From: a virus
Strand: one strand, 5' to 3'
IMG/VR virus record: IMGVR_UViG_3300045988_130750
Location: 1 to 64,000 of that record
DNA length: 64,000 nt
Position numbers and translations under genes: made by a program. The notes beneath the pieces are model-generated. The model saw nothing but the letters and a program-made list of their open reading frames with translations, made no database searches and was not told the DNA's origin. Below are positions 45,270 to 55,129 of the stretch, piece after piece. Every line of letters begins with the position of its first letter. Position 1 is the stretch's first letter.

Positions 45270-45531
45270 CTATCAGCTAAGAAAGGCTGATTTCATTGTT
45301 TTAGCCTTTCGGCATAGCCCTCAATTAAGAGGGCTTAGTATTTTTTTATAAAACGATCGTTGCTTATTTATATTCCGCATTTGCATGTAAGCGGAGAGGT
45401 ACTAAGATAAAGAAAAATCCTTTCTCCTCATTATACAACTTAACGAAGTTGTTAAAAATGCACTAAAATCAATGGTTTCGGAACATTAAAATTGTCTAGG
45501 TGTCCCTAAAAAACACTATTTTTGAACAAAA

Positions 45532-48141
45532 TTAATAATTTTCCGAGAAACATTTTAGCAAATTTGCACTATTGATATCATATAATGCCTTGATTAAAAT
45601 AGATTTTCTTTTCTTGATTTTTGATTTTAACTTATACTGATTTTGCTTTTGAGAAATAGAAACACAGAAAGCTCTATCAATCAACCAACTAAATAATCCA
45701 ATATAATTCTTAGATACATAAACTTTTTTTATATCCTGAATCATATTATCAAAATCCATTTTTAAAAGAAAATAAGAATCTTCATTTTCAGAGCTAATAG
45801 TAGAATAATATTTGTTCATATACATTTCTATTATTTCTTCAACTTTTTTACATGTTTTTCTGTTCTTTTCTATCTCAAATTTCTTGAAAAAATATTGGAT
45901 TGGAATTGTAGATTCATTTGACCTGAATTGGTCGAGTTTTAGATTATAAAGATAATTCATAGGACAAACAAGATTATAATTGATATTTTTTTCTTTAAAA
46001 TCTCTTCTAATAACTTTCCAGAAAGCAGGATATTTGTTATTTTCAACATCCATATCTTTTTTTATACGCTTTATTTCAGAACCAACATCAACATCAAAAA
46101 GACGTTTTGCTGAATCTATAGCGATCTGAGCTAATACACTGAGTATACAAACATAATCCTTATATTTCTGTTCATCAAACGTACAATCATAAGTCTGAGC
46201 AAGTTGCGCAAGATTACTTGATTCGCCTATATCTAATTGTGAAGCTGCTAATTTATTATCTAATCTCGCAAAATCTTTCATAGTGCTATCATATACATTT
46301 GAATCTTTAGGAATATTATTTACAATGGTTAAATATTTTTCCTTACAATTTTTCGCATGTAATACGATGTCGGCTTGGTTTGTAGTATAAATACTATCAC
46401 TATCCATGTCACTACCATTGTTACGGTCTTGAAAATCAGTACCATTCATGTTTACAGCAATAATCTGGTCACAAAATTTAAAATACTTCTTGAATCTGTC
46501 ATTATATACATTATGTAAATACCCAAGATTATACTTTCCATTAAACGGACTTCTAAACTCAGCAAGATATTCATTATCATTAAATCTGGTGGTATAACAT
46601 TGAGTTGCTAAATCTTCAACAGAAAATGTATCATCTTTATCAACATCACAGGAATTACCAGTCGCACCATACAGCAACATTGCATATGGTGAACCAACTA
46701 TCACCAAATTATCTGCATTTTGAATTACTTTACCACTCTTGAAATTTAAAACATATGTCATAATAATTGCCTTTTTACGATCCCTGAAATAAGAACTTCT
46801 AAGAAAATCTCGATTCTGTTCACATAAAGCAATTAATGCTTCGTAATCGTTTGAAAAGTTAATATTTTTCCTCAAATAATCAAGAAAGAAATCATCATCG
46901 GTCTTTAACCTATTGATATATTCAATACTTTCCTTGCATACATTTTCCATAATTTCAACATCAAGAGAATTTACCATCTGGTAACTCATACGCTGCACAG
47001 TTCCAAGCTTACTTGGATGAGCAGTTTTAACAATACCAAACATACAGTCGTTCTCATAAACTTTATTACACCAATAGTCATATGACACGTCATACTTAAT
47101 CCATTTCATTGCGTTATCAGTTGTAATAAGTTCTATATCTTTTACATAATGCTCATTTCCCCACATATCTTTTACTGTGGCAGAATAGTAGTCATCACCA
47201 AAATAATCACGGAAAAATAATTGAATGTTGCTACAGAAAGCAGCCATTTTACAGAAATGATGTCTAAGAAGAATATAACCATTTCCCCAATTTGGAAAAA
47301 TAGAAGAGTCGATTAAAGCCTGTCCATCAAATAACGTATTTTTTAATTTATAATCTTTAATAGCTTTCGCAATACAATGTTTATTTTCATCTATTTCAAC
47401 AGAAATAACATTTGTGTTAAAATACCTATCAACATCTTTTAATACCAAAATATTTTTAGGATTGATTTTAACTTTTCCAACAATTCCGCTACATACGAGA
47501 GAAGAGTATGCGCTAATCCCAACAATATCCGCATTATGTTTTGGAAGTTTTATTCCCATTCTAAGATAATTAATTGCCTTGTTATACAATTTATCTCTTA
47601 TAAACATACAAGTACCTTTTTTTGCTTTACCTGTACTTCTATATAACATTTTATAATGGATAACTTCTGTTTTAATAATATCACCGTTCCTTTTACGAGT
47701 AATATATTCTACATTAACTCCATTATTATAAAATTCTTCTCTTATTGTATCTGCTGATAATGAGAAATAATCTGTTTTATGATTAACAGCAAAATTATAT
47801 AAACTTATTATTTTCTTTTTCTTATTCGTCTGTAGTTCTATTAGTTTTTTACTTCCAGAGCTAATTGCCTTTTTATATTCAATTCTTGCATTTTTTGCTA
47901 TTTTTCTAATATGAGCTATTTCCTCATCATAAGAACGTGTACCAAAATTAAATTCCAAGCATATTAAGTCTCTCGTAGATTCATCATTCCATACCTTCAA
48001 TTTGTTCTCACACATAAAGTCTTTAAATAAGCTATTTACGAACATTGCGTCTTTATAATCATAATGATCACGAAGTCCTTTATTATATTCATAAAGAGTT
48101 GCAGCTTCAATATTTTTTATTTTAATTCCAAATTCACTCAT
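45532..48141 (-). CDS. single-subunit RNA polymerase, SPbeta YonO-like / RdRP-like two-barrel family (hypothesis)
   Basis: 869 aa; NGSDMDSDSIY matches the D-b-D-G/S-D metal-binding loop (GSDLDGDxY in cellular RdRPs, same family as YonO); size close to YonO; HU gene nearby as in SPbeta. Confidence 0.5.
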   Translation of the reverse strand: MSEFGIKIKNIEAATLYEYNKGLRDHYDYKDAMFVNSLFKDFMCENKLKVWNDESTRDLICLEFNFGTRSYDEEIAHIRKIAKNARIEYKKAISSGSKKLIELQTNKKKKIISLYNFAVNHKTDYFSLSADTIREEFYNNGVNVEYITRKRNGDIIKTEVIHYKMLYRSTGKAKKGTCMFIRDKLYNKAINYLRMGIKLPKHNADIVGISAYSSLVCSGIVGKVKINPKNILVLKDVDRYFNTNVISVEIDENKHCIAKAIKDYKLKNTLFDGQALIDSSIFPNWGNGYILLRHHFCKMAAFCSNIQLFFRDYFGDDYYSATVKDMWGNEHYVKDIELITTDNAMKWIKYDVSYDYWCNKVYENDCMFGIVKTAHPSKLGTVQRMSYQMVNSLDVEIMENVCKESIEYINRLKTDDDFFLDYLRKNINFSNDYEALIALCEQNRDFLRSSYFRDRKKAIIMTYVLNFKSGKVIQNADNLVIVGSPYAMLLYGATGNSCDVDKDDTFSVEDLATQCYTTRFNDNEYLAEFRSPFNGKYNLGYLHNVYNDRFKKYFKFCDQIIAVNMNGTDFQDRNNGSDMDSDSIYTTNQADIVLHAKNCKEKYLTIVNNIPKDSNVYDSTMKDFARLDNKLAASQLDIGESSNLAQLAQTYDCTFDEQKYKDYVCILSVLAQIAIDSAKRLFDVDVGSEIKRIKKDMDVENNKYPAFWKVIRRDFKEKNINYNLVCPMNYLYNLKLDQFRSNESTIPIQYFFKKFEIEKNRKTCKKVEEIIEMYMNKYYSTISSENEDSYFLLKMDFDNMIQDIKKVYVSKNYIGLFSWLIDRAFCVSISQKQNQYKLKSKIKKRKSILIKALYDINSANLLKCFSENY

Positions 48142-48160
48142 CTATAAATAAATCACCACC

Positions 48161-48400
48161 TTAATCAAATAATTGCTCCCAAAATTCTTCTTCTGAATCA
48201 TAACCGTCATAATTGATATTTTCAGCAAATTCACTATTACAACGAGAATTTGCTTTCATGTAACAATCTTTTATATTGCCACATTGTATGCAATTATAAT
48301 TGTTGCCGATTAAGTCTTCGGAGCATTCTCTCTTTGAAATATAATCTGTGATCAAATCAGTCATTGATTCCAAGTCATCTTCGCTAAATTGTTTATTCAT
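48161..48400 (-). CDS. hypothetical Cys-rich protein (79 aa)
   Basis: start moved to ATG 48400 (GGAAGGAG RBS). Confidence 0.55.
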   Translation of the reverse strand: MNKQFSEDDLESMTDLITDYISKRECSEDLIGNNYNCIQCGNIKDCYMKANSRCNSEFAENINYDGYDSEEEFWEQLFD

Positions 48401-48416
48401 ATAAAAATCTCCTTCC

Positions 48417-48434
48417 ACTTATATATTCTCCAAA
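48417..48434 (-). promoter_or_regulatory. recurrent TGGAGAATA promoter-like motif
   Basis: minus-sense TTTGGAGAATATATAAGT; GAGAAT lies 24 nt upstream of the ATG. Confidence 0.45.
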
Positions 48435-48450
48435 TGAAATTCCTATTTGC

Positions 48451-48675
48451 TCAATAATCTTTATTCATTTCTTTGATTTTATAACCTAAAAATTTAGCCA
48501 AATCTCTTGCATAATTCACACATTCCCAATGAGCATATTCATAATCACCATTAACAATATATTCTTCACCATCATAAATACCTTCGTTACAAATAGAACA
48601 TACCTCTTTTATTTGTAATGATTCTGTATTAGGACATCTTGGATGACAAGGATGTTTTCTACATATTTCACACAT
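48451..48675 (-). CDS. zinc-finger protein (74 aa)
   Basis: CEIC..HPCHPRC...CSIC...HWEC cysteine/histidine clusters. Confidence 0.55.
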   Translation of the reverse strand: MCEICRKHPCHPRCPNTESLQIKEVCSICNEGIYDGEEYIVNGDYEYAHWECVNYARDLAKFLGYKIKEMNKDY

Positions 48676-49253
48676 TATTTATTTTCACCTAAATCTAACC
48701 AAACTTCCCAATATCCGTTACAATATTTTGTTCTTAAATCATCATAGTGAAATTTGAGAATATCAAGAATTTGATATATATAATAACAATAATCAATTTG
48801 ACCAGACTGAATATTACGAAGAACATCATTTATGTAAGCACAATATTCTTGCCAATTTGTTGCACCATGATAAGTACTCATTGTTTCTTCGTTCCAATAC
48901 CCTGTCTCTTTGGAATACTTCATATTCTGACCTAATTTTGTAATGCCTGATACTGGTTTAACAAAAAGTTTTCTAATATTAAACTCCTTCTGCCATTTAT
49001 CATCCGTAAGAGTAGAAGATGGTCTACCATTTGTATTACTTACAAGTTTCATTTCTCTAAGTTCTTCAAGTGTCATTGACTGATAATTTTTCATTTCTTT
49101 TTTCTGTCGCTCCTTTTTAATAATTGTTTTTTCGAGGTTATCTGCCTCTATGTATTTATTTATTCTCTTTTTGTTTGGTGTTTCTGTAGAAAAATCATCA
49201 ATATCAATTTCACCTGCAAATGTGTTATGGTTCTGTGTGTAGCTTGTTTTCAT
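48675..49253 (-). CDS. hypothetical protein (192 aa)
   Basis: AAAGGAG RBS. Confidence 0.6.
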   Translation of the reverse strand: MKTSYTQNHNTFAGEIDIDDFSTETPNKKRINKYIEADNLEKTIIKKERQKKEMKNYQSMTLEELREMKLVSNTNGRPSSTLTDDKWQKEFNIRKLFVKPVSGITKLGQNMKYSKETGYWNEETMSTYHGATNWQEYCAYINDVLRNIQSGQIDYCYYIYQILDILKFHYDDLRTKYCNGYWEVWLDLGENK

Positions 49254-49332
49254 ATTTTAATAATTCTCCTTTAGTTTTTAAAATAATTTTGTTCATTGCA
49301 ATCAACTCCTTTGAGTGCTGCGTTATTAGTTC

Positions 49333-50112
49333 CTATATTTTATTATTCTCCAAAAGCTCTATCTGTTTTTTTATTTCTTTATCTGGACAATATTCTTTAT
49401 CAATTCTTTGACCGTGTTCATCATGAATAAAATGTCTATAATCAGCAAATACCTTTGGAGTAGTAGTGTATTTTTCTTTGCCATCCTTAATATATTTTTC
49501 TCTCTTCATAGGCTGATATTTTACAATTTTGAGTGCTTCTAAAATGTTAATTATGCGACTAATATATCTTTCAGAAAGTCCAATATCTTCTGAAATAGTC
49601 TTAAAATATCTATAACAACATAGTGGTTTTCTATCCATTCGATTCAAATTGACACGAATATAAGAGAGTACAAGTAGAATATAAGCTGATGATATTCTTG
49701 CAGTATCAATCTCTTTATCCTTCAATTCTTCTTTGAAATTTAATATTGCATCCAACTCATCAAAATAAATAATTCCAAACTTATCAGGTACATCGAATTT
49801 TTTTATATTAAGTTTTACTTGCTGATATTTGACCGAATTGGTCTTTTCTTTTAGACATTTCTCAAAATCTGGACACGATTCAAAGTATTCATAATGAGAG
49901 AGAAGTGATAGAACTTCATAATATTTCTGATTTATCTTTCCATCTCTGTAGTTAGGTTTCAGTTTAGACCAATGACAAAGTTCTGTTGTAGAAAATGCCA
50001 CTGTGTCATCAAGTGAACGCCTTGCACAAAGATATGAGAAGATTATTACGCGTTTAGATGAGAGATCCTTATCATAAATGATTTCTCGTGGAATTTTTAC
50101 ATAGTTTGGCAA
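49333..50112 (-). CDS. hypothetical protein, possible replication-organiser-type wHTH
   Basis: TTG start with GTGAGGTG RBS; N-terminus YVKIPREIIYDKDLSSKRVIIFSYL resembles phage replisome-organiser N-termini (weak). Confidence 0.35.
   Translation of the reverse strand: MPNYVKIPREIIYDKDLSSKRVIIFSYLCARRSLDDTVAFSTTELCHWSKLKPNYRDGKINQKYYEVLSLLSHYEYFESCPDFEKCLKEKTNSVKYQQVKLNIKKFDVPDKFGIIYFDELDAILNFKEELKDKEIDTARISSAYILLVLSYIRVNLNRMDRKPLCCYRYFKTISEDIGLSERYISRIINILEALKIVKYQPMKREKYIKDGKEKYTTTPKVFADYRHFIHDEHGQRIDKEYCPDKEIKKQIELLENNKI
49337..49354 (-). promoter_or_regulatory. recurrent TGGAGAATA promoter-like motif
   Basis: minus-sense TTTGGAGAATAATAAAAT, overlapping the last codons of 49333-50112. Confidence 0.4.
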
Positions 50113-50131
50113 GACGTATCACCTCACTATG

Positions 50132-51004
50132 TTAATCTACATAAAGTTGGCAAGCAATTTTAAGTAAAACATTTCCTTGTTGCATATCATTAACTATAAA
50201 GTCAACCTTTGGATAATTCCAATCAGGATGTTCAAGATTATTTTCTTTGAATTTTTTATCTGCCTTTTCCCAATCTTTATAAAAATTAGGAAATGTCTTT
50301 GAAAATTCTTTATACATTGGAGTCCATTTAGCGGAACTATTCATGCCACAAATTCGCTTTACCTCCTCTTTATAATCTTCTACTCTTTTTACAGAAACGT
50401 TTTTTCGAGCAATTTTATATTCTTTTTCTTTTTTTTCATATCTGATAATAGACTCCCTTATCTTATCTTGATTACTCTCAAAATATGTAATAATGTCTTT
50501 ACTAAATGTGATTTTTTTCTTTGAAATATGAATATAATTAAGTAATTCTTTATCTACAGATTCATCAAAAGTTGACTTAATAAAATACGAGTTTCTAAAT
50601 TCGTTAATTTTCATATCAAAAATTCCATGCTCATATAAATAATATTTAAGATTAGTAGGAGCAAACCCTGGAATATTTAACTCTCTGCATAAACTGCGAA
50701 TATCAAGAATATCATTGACTTCTGGTGGTTTAAGTTCTGAATTATTTAAGTTATTGACAGTAATTTCATCTTTTTTTTGTTCTTCTAAGATAGAAATTCT
50801 CTCAAGCAAATTCTTGATAGCTTTATTGATTTCGTTATTTTCTTCTCTATGCTTTAAATTGTAATTACTAAGATCCAAATGAAGTTTGTTTACTTCTGCT
50901 TGAATTTCTTTATTTACAAATTGATTGATAATTCCTGTCTCATTGGTTGTAGACTCATCTACAATTCTTTTGACATCCTGTTCATTTACAATAAGTTTAC
51001 CCAT
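50132..51004 (-). CDS. hypothetical protein (290 aa)
   Basis: start overlaps the stop of the ParB-like gene. Confidence 0.55.
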   Translation of the reverse strand: MGKLIVNEQDVKRIVDESTTNETGIINQFVNKEIQAEVNKLHLDLSNYNLKHREENNEINKAIKNLLERISILEEQKKDEITVNNLNNSELKPPEVNDILDIRSLCRELNIPGFAPTNLKYYLYEHGIFDMKINEFRNSYFIKSTFDESVDKELLNYIHISKKKITFSKDIITYFESNQDKIRESIIRYEKKEKEYKIARKNVSVKRVEDYKEEVKRICGMNSSAKWTPMYKEFSKTFPNFYKDWEKADKKFKENNLEHPDWNYPKVDFIVNDMQQGNVLLKIACQLYVD

Positions 51005-52182
51005 TAGTTCAATTCCTCCATATCAATTATATTTTTATTTGTAGTAACACCGATTGTTTCAGCCATTGTTTCACACCAATCATTCACCATATATATAATA
51101 TTCTCTAAATTTTTTCTTAAAGCTGTATTATCTTTTATAACAGGTAGAATTTTGGAATATCTTAATGGCGATAGAGTAGTAGATAATAATTTTTCTATTT
51201 CATTTACAAGAGTTGTAATGTCTTTTGAAATCTCAATAACGTTATAATCTCCACTTGGATCTAAATTCAAAGTTGCTATATCATTTTTCAATTTTATGTA
51301 TTCTTCGGATTCTTTTTTATATGATTGCAAAAGACTTTCATTAAATTCATTAGAAGATTTTAATGTACTATTCATAATTTCCAAGTTATTGATTTTCGTC
51401 TTTAAGTTAGAAATCTGAGACATGGCTTTTTTATATTTATTCTCTAAATCATAATCAGTTTTATCAATTATTTTTTCTTTGGCAGATTGTGATTTTAGCT
51501 GATTTATCTCGTTAATATATTTTTGAACTTCATTTTTAGTGATTTTCTTAGTTGTGTCCATAGAAGATATAAGTTCAATTTGTTCATCTTCAGATAAATT
51601 TCGCATTATGGCAAGGGCAGTAGTAGGCATTACTATTCCTGTATCAACAAGGTCTTTCAACTCTGGTATCATTTCAGTGAGCTTTTTGTAGTTTTGAAGA
51701 GATTGAACAGATATACCTATTTCTTTTGCTATATCCGCCTCAGTTTTTGGAGTCTTATAATTATTAGATGACTCCTCATATTGATTCCCATAATATCCAG
51801 ATCCGCCTTGTTTTATATCATAAATTCTTTCAAGTTCTTTAATACATTTGCCGAGTTTAATTGCATTAGGATTACCAATACCACGTTGACGAATATTAGT
51901 TTCTATGAGATCAGCAAGGATTTCGTCATCTGAATCATATATTTTAATTTCAGCATTAACCTGTTTCTCTCCAAGTTCTTTCAACCCCCTGACTCTTTGA
52001 TGTCCTGATACTATAGTTTTATCTTGAGTTATTACAATTGGTTCTACGTTCCCAGTTTTTCCATTTTTTATTCGTTCTCGCATAGAATCCAGAAATTGTT
52101 CCCAATTAGAACCAGTAATATCATCAAAAAATTCATTGTTTCTTGGATGAGGTTTTAATTCACCTATATTTATTGGTTGCAT
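51004..52182 (-). CDS. ParB-like N-terminal (ParB/Srx) domain protein with HTH and coiled-coil tail
   Basis: start moved to ATG 52182 (GGAAAGGAAAG RBS); IGELKPHPRNNEFF...EPIVITQDKTIVSGHQRVRGLKELG is the ParBc signature. Confidence 0.75.
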   Translation of the reverse strand: MQPINIGELKPHPRNNEFFDDITGSNWEQFLDSMRERIKNGKTGNVEPIVITQDKTIVSGHQRVRGLKELGEKQVNAEIKIYDSDDEILADLIETNIRQRGIGNPNAIKLGKCIKELERIYDIKQGGSGYYGNQYEESSNNYKTPKTEADIAKEIGISVQSLQNYKKLTEMIPELKDLVDTGIVMPTTALAIMRNLSEDEQIELISSMDTTKKITKNEVQKYINEINQLKSQSAKEKIIDKTDYDLENKYKKAMSQISNLKTKINNLEIMNSTLKSSNEFNESLLQSYKKESEEYIKLKNDIATLNLDPSGDYNVIEISKDITTLVNEIEKLLSTTLSPLRYSKILPVIKDNTALRKNLENIIYMVNDWCETMAETIGVTTNKNIIDMEELN

Positions 52183-52285
52183 TTTTCTTTCCTTTCTTCT
52201 AAAACATAATTTACAGTTACAATTTGTGAGATGAGAGTGTGGTAAGTGATTCAATTAGTTATTCTCTTTTTATTTATGAAATATA

Positions 52286-52294
52286 TGGTATAAT
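52286..52294 (+). promoter_or_regulatory. extended -10 promoter (TGGTATAAT) for 52327-52497
   Basis: TG-n-TATAAT; back to back with the minus-strand GAGAATA motif at 52257-52266. Confidence 0.45.
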
Positions 52295-52326
52295 ATTTGC
52301 ATCAATACAAGAGAGGAGATGAGATT

Positions 52327-52497
52327 ATGGCTAAAACCGATAAAGAAATTACATCAGAAATCGTTTGTGAATTCATCCGTGCTTGGGGAACACAAGATAA
52401 CTGTATACCAATTAAAATGGACGTGCTTCCAGAACTAATAAAGAAAACTTACAACACAGTTCATTCTTTAGAAAAATCTGATTCTGATGAAGAATAG
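52327..52497 (+). CDS. hypothetical small acidic protein (56 aa)
   Basis: start moved to ATG 52327 (GAGGAG RBS); isolated plus-strand gene; 3' end overlaps 52461-52661 by 37 nt. Confidence 0.45.
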   Translation: MAKTDKEITSEIVCEFIRAWGTQDNCIPIKMDVLPELIKKTYNTVHSLEKSDSDEE

Positions 52498-52661
52498 TCT
52501 TTATGTGGTTTAATCGTTGCTCTTGCTTTTACCAATGAAGCGAGGGCTTCGATTTCATCACATTGCTTTATTGAGCCTTCTCCATACATACTACTGATAT
52601 TCTTAGAAATTGTCTCAATAAGGTTTGTTACACAATTGTCAATTCTTTCACTATTTGTCAT
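52461..52661 (-). CDS. hypothetical small protein (66 aa)
   Basis: start moved to ATG 52661 (GGAGG RBS). Confidence 0.5.
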   Translation of the reverse strand: MTNSERIDNCVTNLIETISKNISSMYGEGSIKQCDEIEALASLVKARATIKPHKDYSSSESDFSKE

Positions 52662-52697
52662 TTTGAATTCCTCCATAATAAATATTTATTTTGTCAC

Positions 52698-52715
52698 ATT
52701 GTAATATTCTCCATC
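52698..52715 (-). promoter_or_regulatory. recurrent TGGAGAATA promoter-like motif
   Basis: minus-sense GATGGAGAATATTACAAT. Confidence 0.4.
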
Positions 52716-52764
52716 TTAACTTTCAAAAGTTATGAACTTTTACATTTATGAAATTGTCAAAAAT

Positions 52765-53008
52765 TCATTTAGGTACATACAGCATGTACCTAAAAGTGAA
52801 AAAATACTTCATTTGGGTACATGCCAGCTATCAATTTTGTGCAGTCTATATCTATATAGACTCATATTATCAAGAGAAGAATATTCCGTTTGTATTTCGC
52901 TTACGCTACATACAAACTCCATAATTTTTTGTTTGATTGTTATTGATTGATTTAGGTATATGGTGTTTTGGATTGATAGTTTCATTTGGGTACATATATG
53001 ATGCACCT
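52765..53008. repeat. four TCATTTRGGTACAT boxes, two extended to palindromes
   Basis: boxes at 52765-52778, 52809-52822, 52949-52961 (degenerate), 52982-52995; palindromes AGGTACAT-N5-ATGTACCT (52771-52791) and GGGTACAT-N5-ATGCACCT (52988-53008). Confidence 0.6.
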
Positions 53009-53014
53009 ATAGTT

Positions 53015-53416
53015 TTATTCTCCATCTGGATTATTATTCTGTCCCAAATCAACATACTTCTCTTTAAAAATATCCTCTACAAAGAATACTGGTAATTTGT
53101 CATGGTATTTTTCATATAATTCCTCGCCTGATATACTTATTACACAAAAATGTTTATCTTCTTCTTGTCTTTGTTTTTGCAATGATTCAATTTCTTTTGA
53201 ATATTTACCACTTTTAAGATATTCACCTATTTTCCCACAAATAGTACAATAACTGCTTAATTGTGTATGTATACTATTCTTTCCTGCAAATGAAAATGGA
53301 TTTTGAATCAGACATTCTTCATAATGATGTTTGTGCTTTGATTTCTTCTTTGCTTTGGATATATTGCTTTCTCTCTGTTTAAGATATTTTGGTATCTCTA
53401 TTTCATATTTGTTCAT
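53015..53416 (-). CDS. hypothetical Zn-ribbon protein (133 aa)
   Basis: HKHHYEEC...CTICG motif. Confidence 0.55.
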   Translation of the reverse strand: MNKYEIEIPKYLKQRESNISKAKKKSKHKHHYEECLIQNPFSFAGKNSIHTQLSSYCTICGKIGEYLKSGKYSKEIESLQKQRQEEDKHFCVISISGEELYEKYHDKLPVFFVEDIFKEKYVDLGQNNNPDGE

Positions 53417-53444
53417 TTGGTTTTTTATTCCTTTCTATATTGAT

Positions 53445-53462
53445 ACTTATATATTCTCCACA
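53445..53462 (-). promoter_or_regulatory. recurrent TGGAGAATA promoter-like motif
   Basis: minus-sense TGTGGAGAATATATAAGT directly after a terminator hairpin (53473-53496); no -35 TTGACA. Confidence 0.45.
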
Positions 53463-53516
53463 TAAAAATAAAAGGCAGATGATTTCTCATCTACCTTTAA
53501 TAATATAATGCGTATT

Positions 53517-54572
53517 TTATTCTTCTGTTTCTTCCTCAATAATATAATCAGCACATAACCAATCTGATTCTGGCTTTGCAATTAATCTTGCATCCATATA
53601 AGCCATTTCCATAGTAAGACATGTTTTTGCTTGATAATGATTGCCTCTTCGTTTTTCAAGAACCAATGCAATATCTGGTTTATCATCCTTTGTAAAACAT
53701 AATGGAATCATTAATTGGATCTTTTCTTGATAATAGTGCGGAATGGCTAACTTATAATTGGCAGTTACTTTTTGTATAGCAGTATCAATATAACCTTTTA
53801 ATACCTCTAATGGTCTTTCACTTTCTTTGATACAGTTTGGTAATCTGTTGTATGTATTTAAGTCATCTAATATGTGATTATAATTAGGATGTACCTTACA
53901 ATGCCAATCAAATACTAGAAGAGTAGTATCCTGAAAATAATCTGCTCTTTCGGGAAAATCTGCATCAACATCAAGAGATGTTAATTCATATTCATCTTTA
54001 AATCCTTTAAAATACCATTTTTGTACCGAATCATCAGTTAAATATCTTTGATTTAATTCGCCATATGCATAAATTGGTATATAACGATCAGTGAATAAAC
54101 CAGTATTAAATAAACAATATTCATCAGTTTCAATGATTTTGTGTTCACGCTGTAATTGATAAAATGTGTTTAATAGATAATTTTTTAGAATTGCATTATC
54201 ATTTTTATTTTCAAAATTCCAGGACTCTTTTATAGCTTTTTCAGCAAGCGATTGAATTTGAGAATTATAATCTCCCCAATACATATAATCATATAATTTT
54301 ATAAGTTCCATATATTCCATGCCTTCTTTCTGAAAAGTTTCTTTTAGTATAGCATTTTTTCTTGATATAGAAAAGAATTTTTCTGGAATCTTAAGTTCTT
54401 TATAAAATGTTTCATAAGGATTATCTGTATATTCTTGAATATGACGTGCTGATAATCCTTTTTGAAAAATTGCTTTTTGATACGCTTCTTTTTCTGATTC
54501 AGCATAAATTACAATTATGTTTTTGTATACATTTCCGAATTCTTCCGTTGTTGGTACTAAATATGTGTTCAT
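53517..54572 (-). CDS. DUF3825 domain protein
   Basis: C-terminus NYKLAIPHYYQEKIQLMIPLCF...DIALVLEKRRGNHYQAKTCLTMEMAYMDARLIAKPESDWL matches the DUF3825 signature. Confidence 0.65.
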   Translation of the reverse strand: MNTYLVPTTEEFGNVYKNIIVIYAESEKEAYQKAIFQKGLSARHIQEYTDNPYETFYKELKIPEKFFSISRKNAILKETFQKEGMEYMELIKLYDYMYWGDYNSQIQSLAEKAIKESWNFENKNDNAILKNYLLNTFYQLQREHKIIETDEYCLFNTGLFTDRYIPIYAYGELNQRYLTDDSVQKWYFKGFKDEYELTSLDVDADFPERADYFQDTTLLVFDWHCKVHPNYNHILDDLNTYNRLPNCIKESERPLEVLKGYIDTAIQKVTANYKLAIPHYYQEKIQLMIPLCFTKDDKPDIALVLEKRRGNHYQAKTCLTMEMAYMDARLIAKPESDWLCADYIIEEETEE

Positions 54573-54611
54573 GTGTTAATTCCTTTCGTTGAATATATTT
54601 TATTGGTTCAT

Positions 54612-54629
54612 GGTTATATATTCTCTGTT
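54612..54629 (-). promoter_or_regulatory. recurrent GAGAATA promoter-like motif
   Basis: minus-sense AACAGAGAATATATAACC upstream of the DUF3825 gene. Confidence 0.4.
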
Positions 54630-54639
54630 TGGAACTTTA

Positions 54640-55110
54640 TTTTACTTAAAATTTATTTTTCCGTATTTTTTATGAGTAGTAGTGAGATATGAGATATGAT
54701 TTCTGTATGGTTTTAATGTACCCCCTATGTATGGGAGTAAATTAAAGAAAATGAGGATGATTTTCGATTTTAGGTTGTTAGGTATGCAATTTATCATTGA
54801 GGTAGTTTTGATTGAAATTTGAGTCGATTTCGTGTGATTTAGTCTAAGGATTGGGGTGTTGGGATTAGCTGGTGAGTGCTTGGTAATGATGTAAGAAATG
54901 AGATATGGGATTTTTTAGAATTTTTGAATTAAATTTGATTTGAGAATTTATGTCACGATTATTTGATAATTTTCGTGAAAACTGGTTATCGGTGAAAATG
55001 CTTATAAATAAGGAAGAAAGTTGCGTTGGTTGGATGATTTTTGGTATGATAAAGTTTTAAAAAATTGGGTGTGAAGAGGGTAAAATAGTTGAAAAATAAA
55101 AAGCAGATAG
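54640..55110. other. C-depleted G/T-rich non-coding region
   Basis: hand counts give about 1-6 C per 60-nt line on the plus strand; stops in all frames; short repeats GAGATAT, TGATTT, AAATTTGA. Confidence 0.6.
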
Positions 55111-55129
55111 AGATATCTGCTTTAAAATT

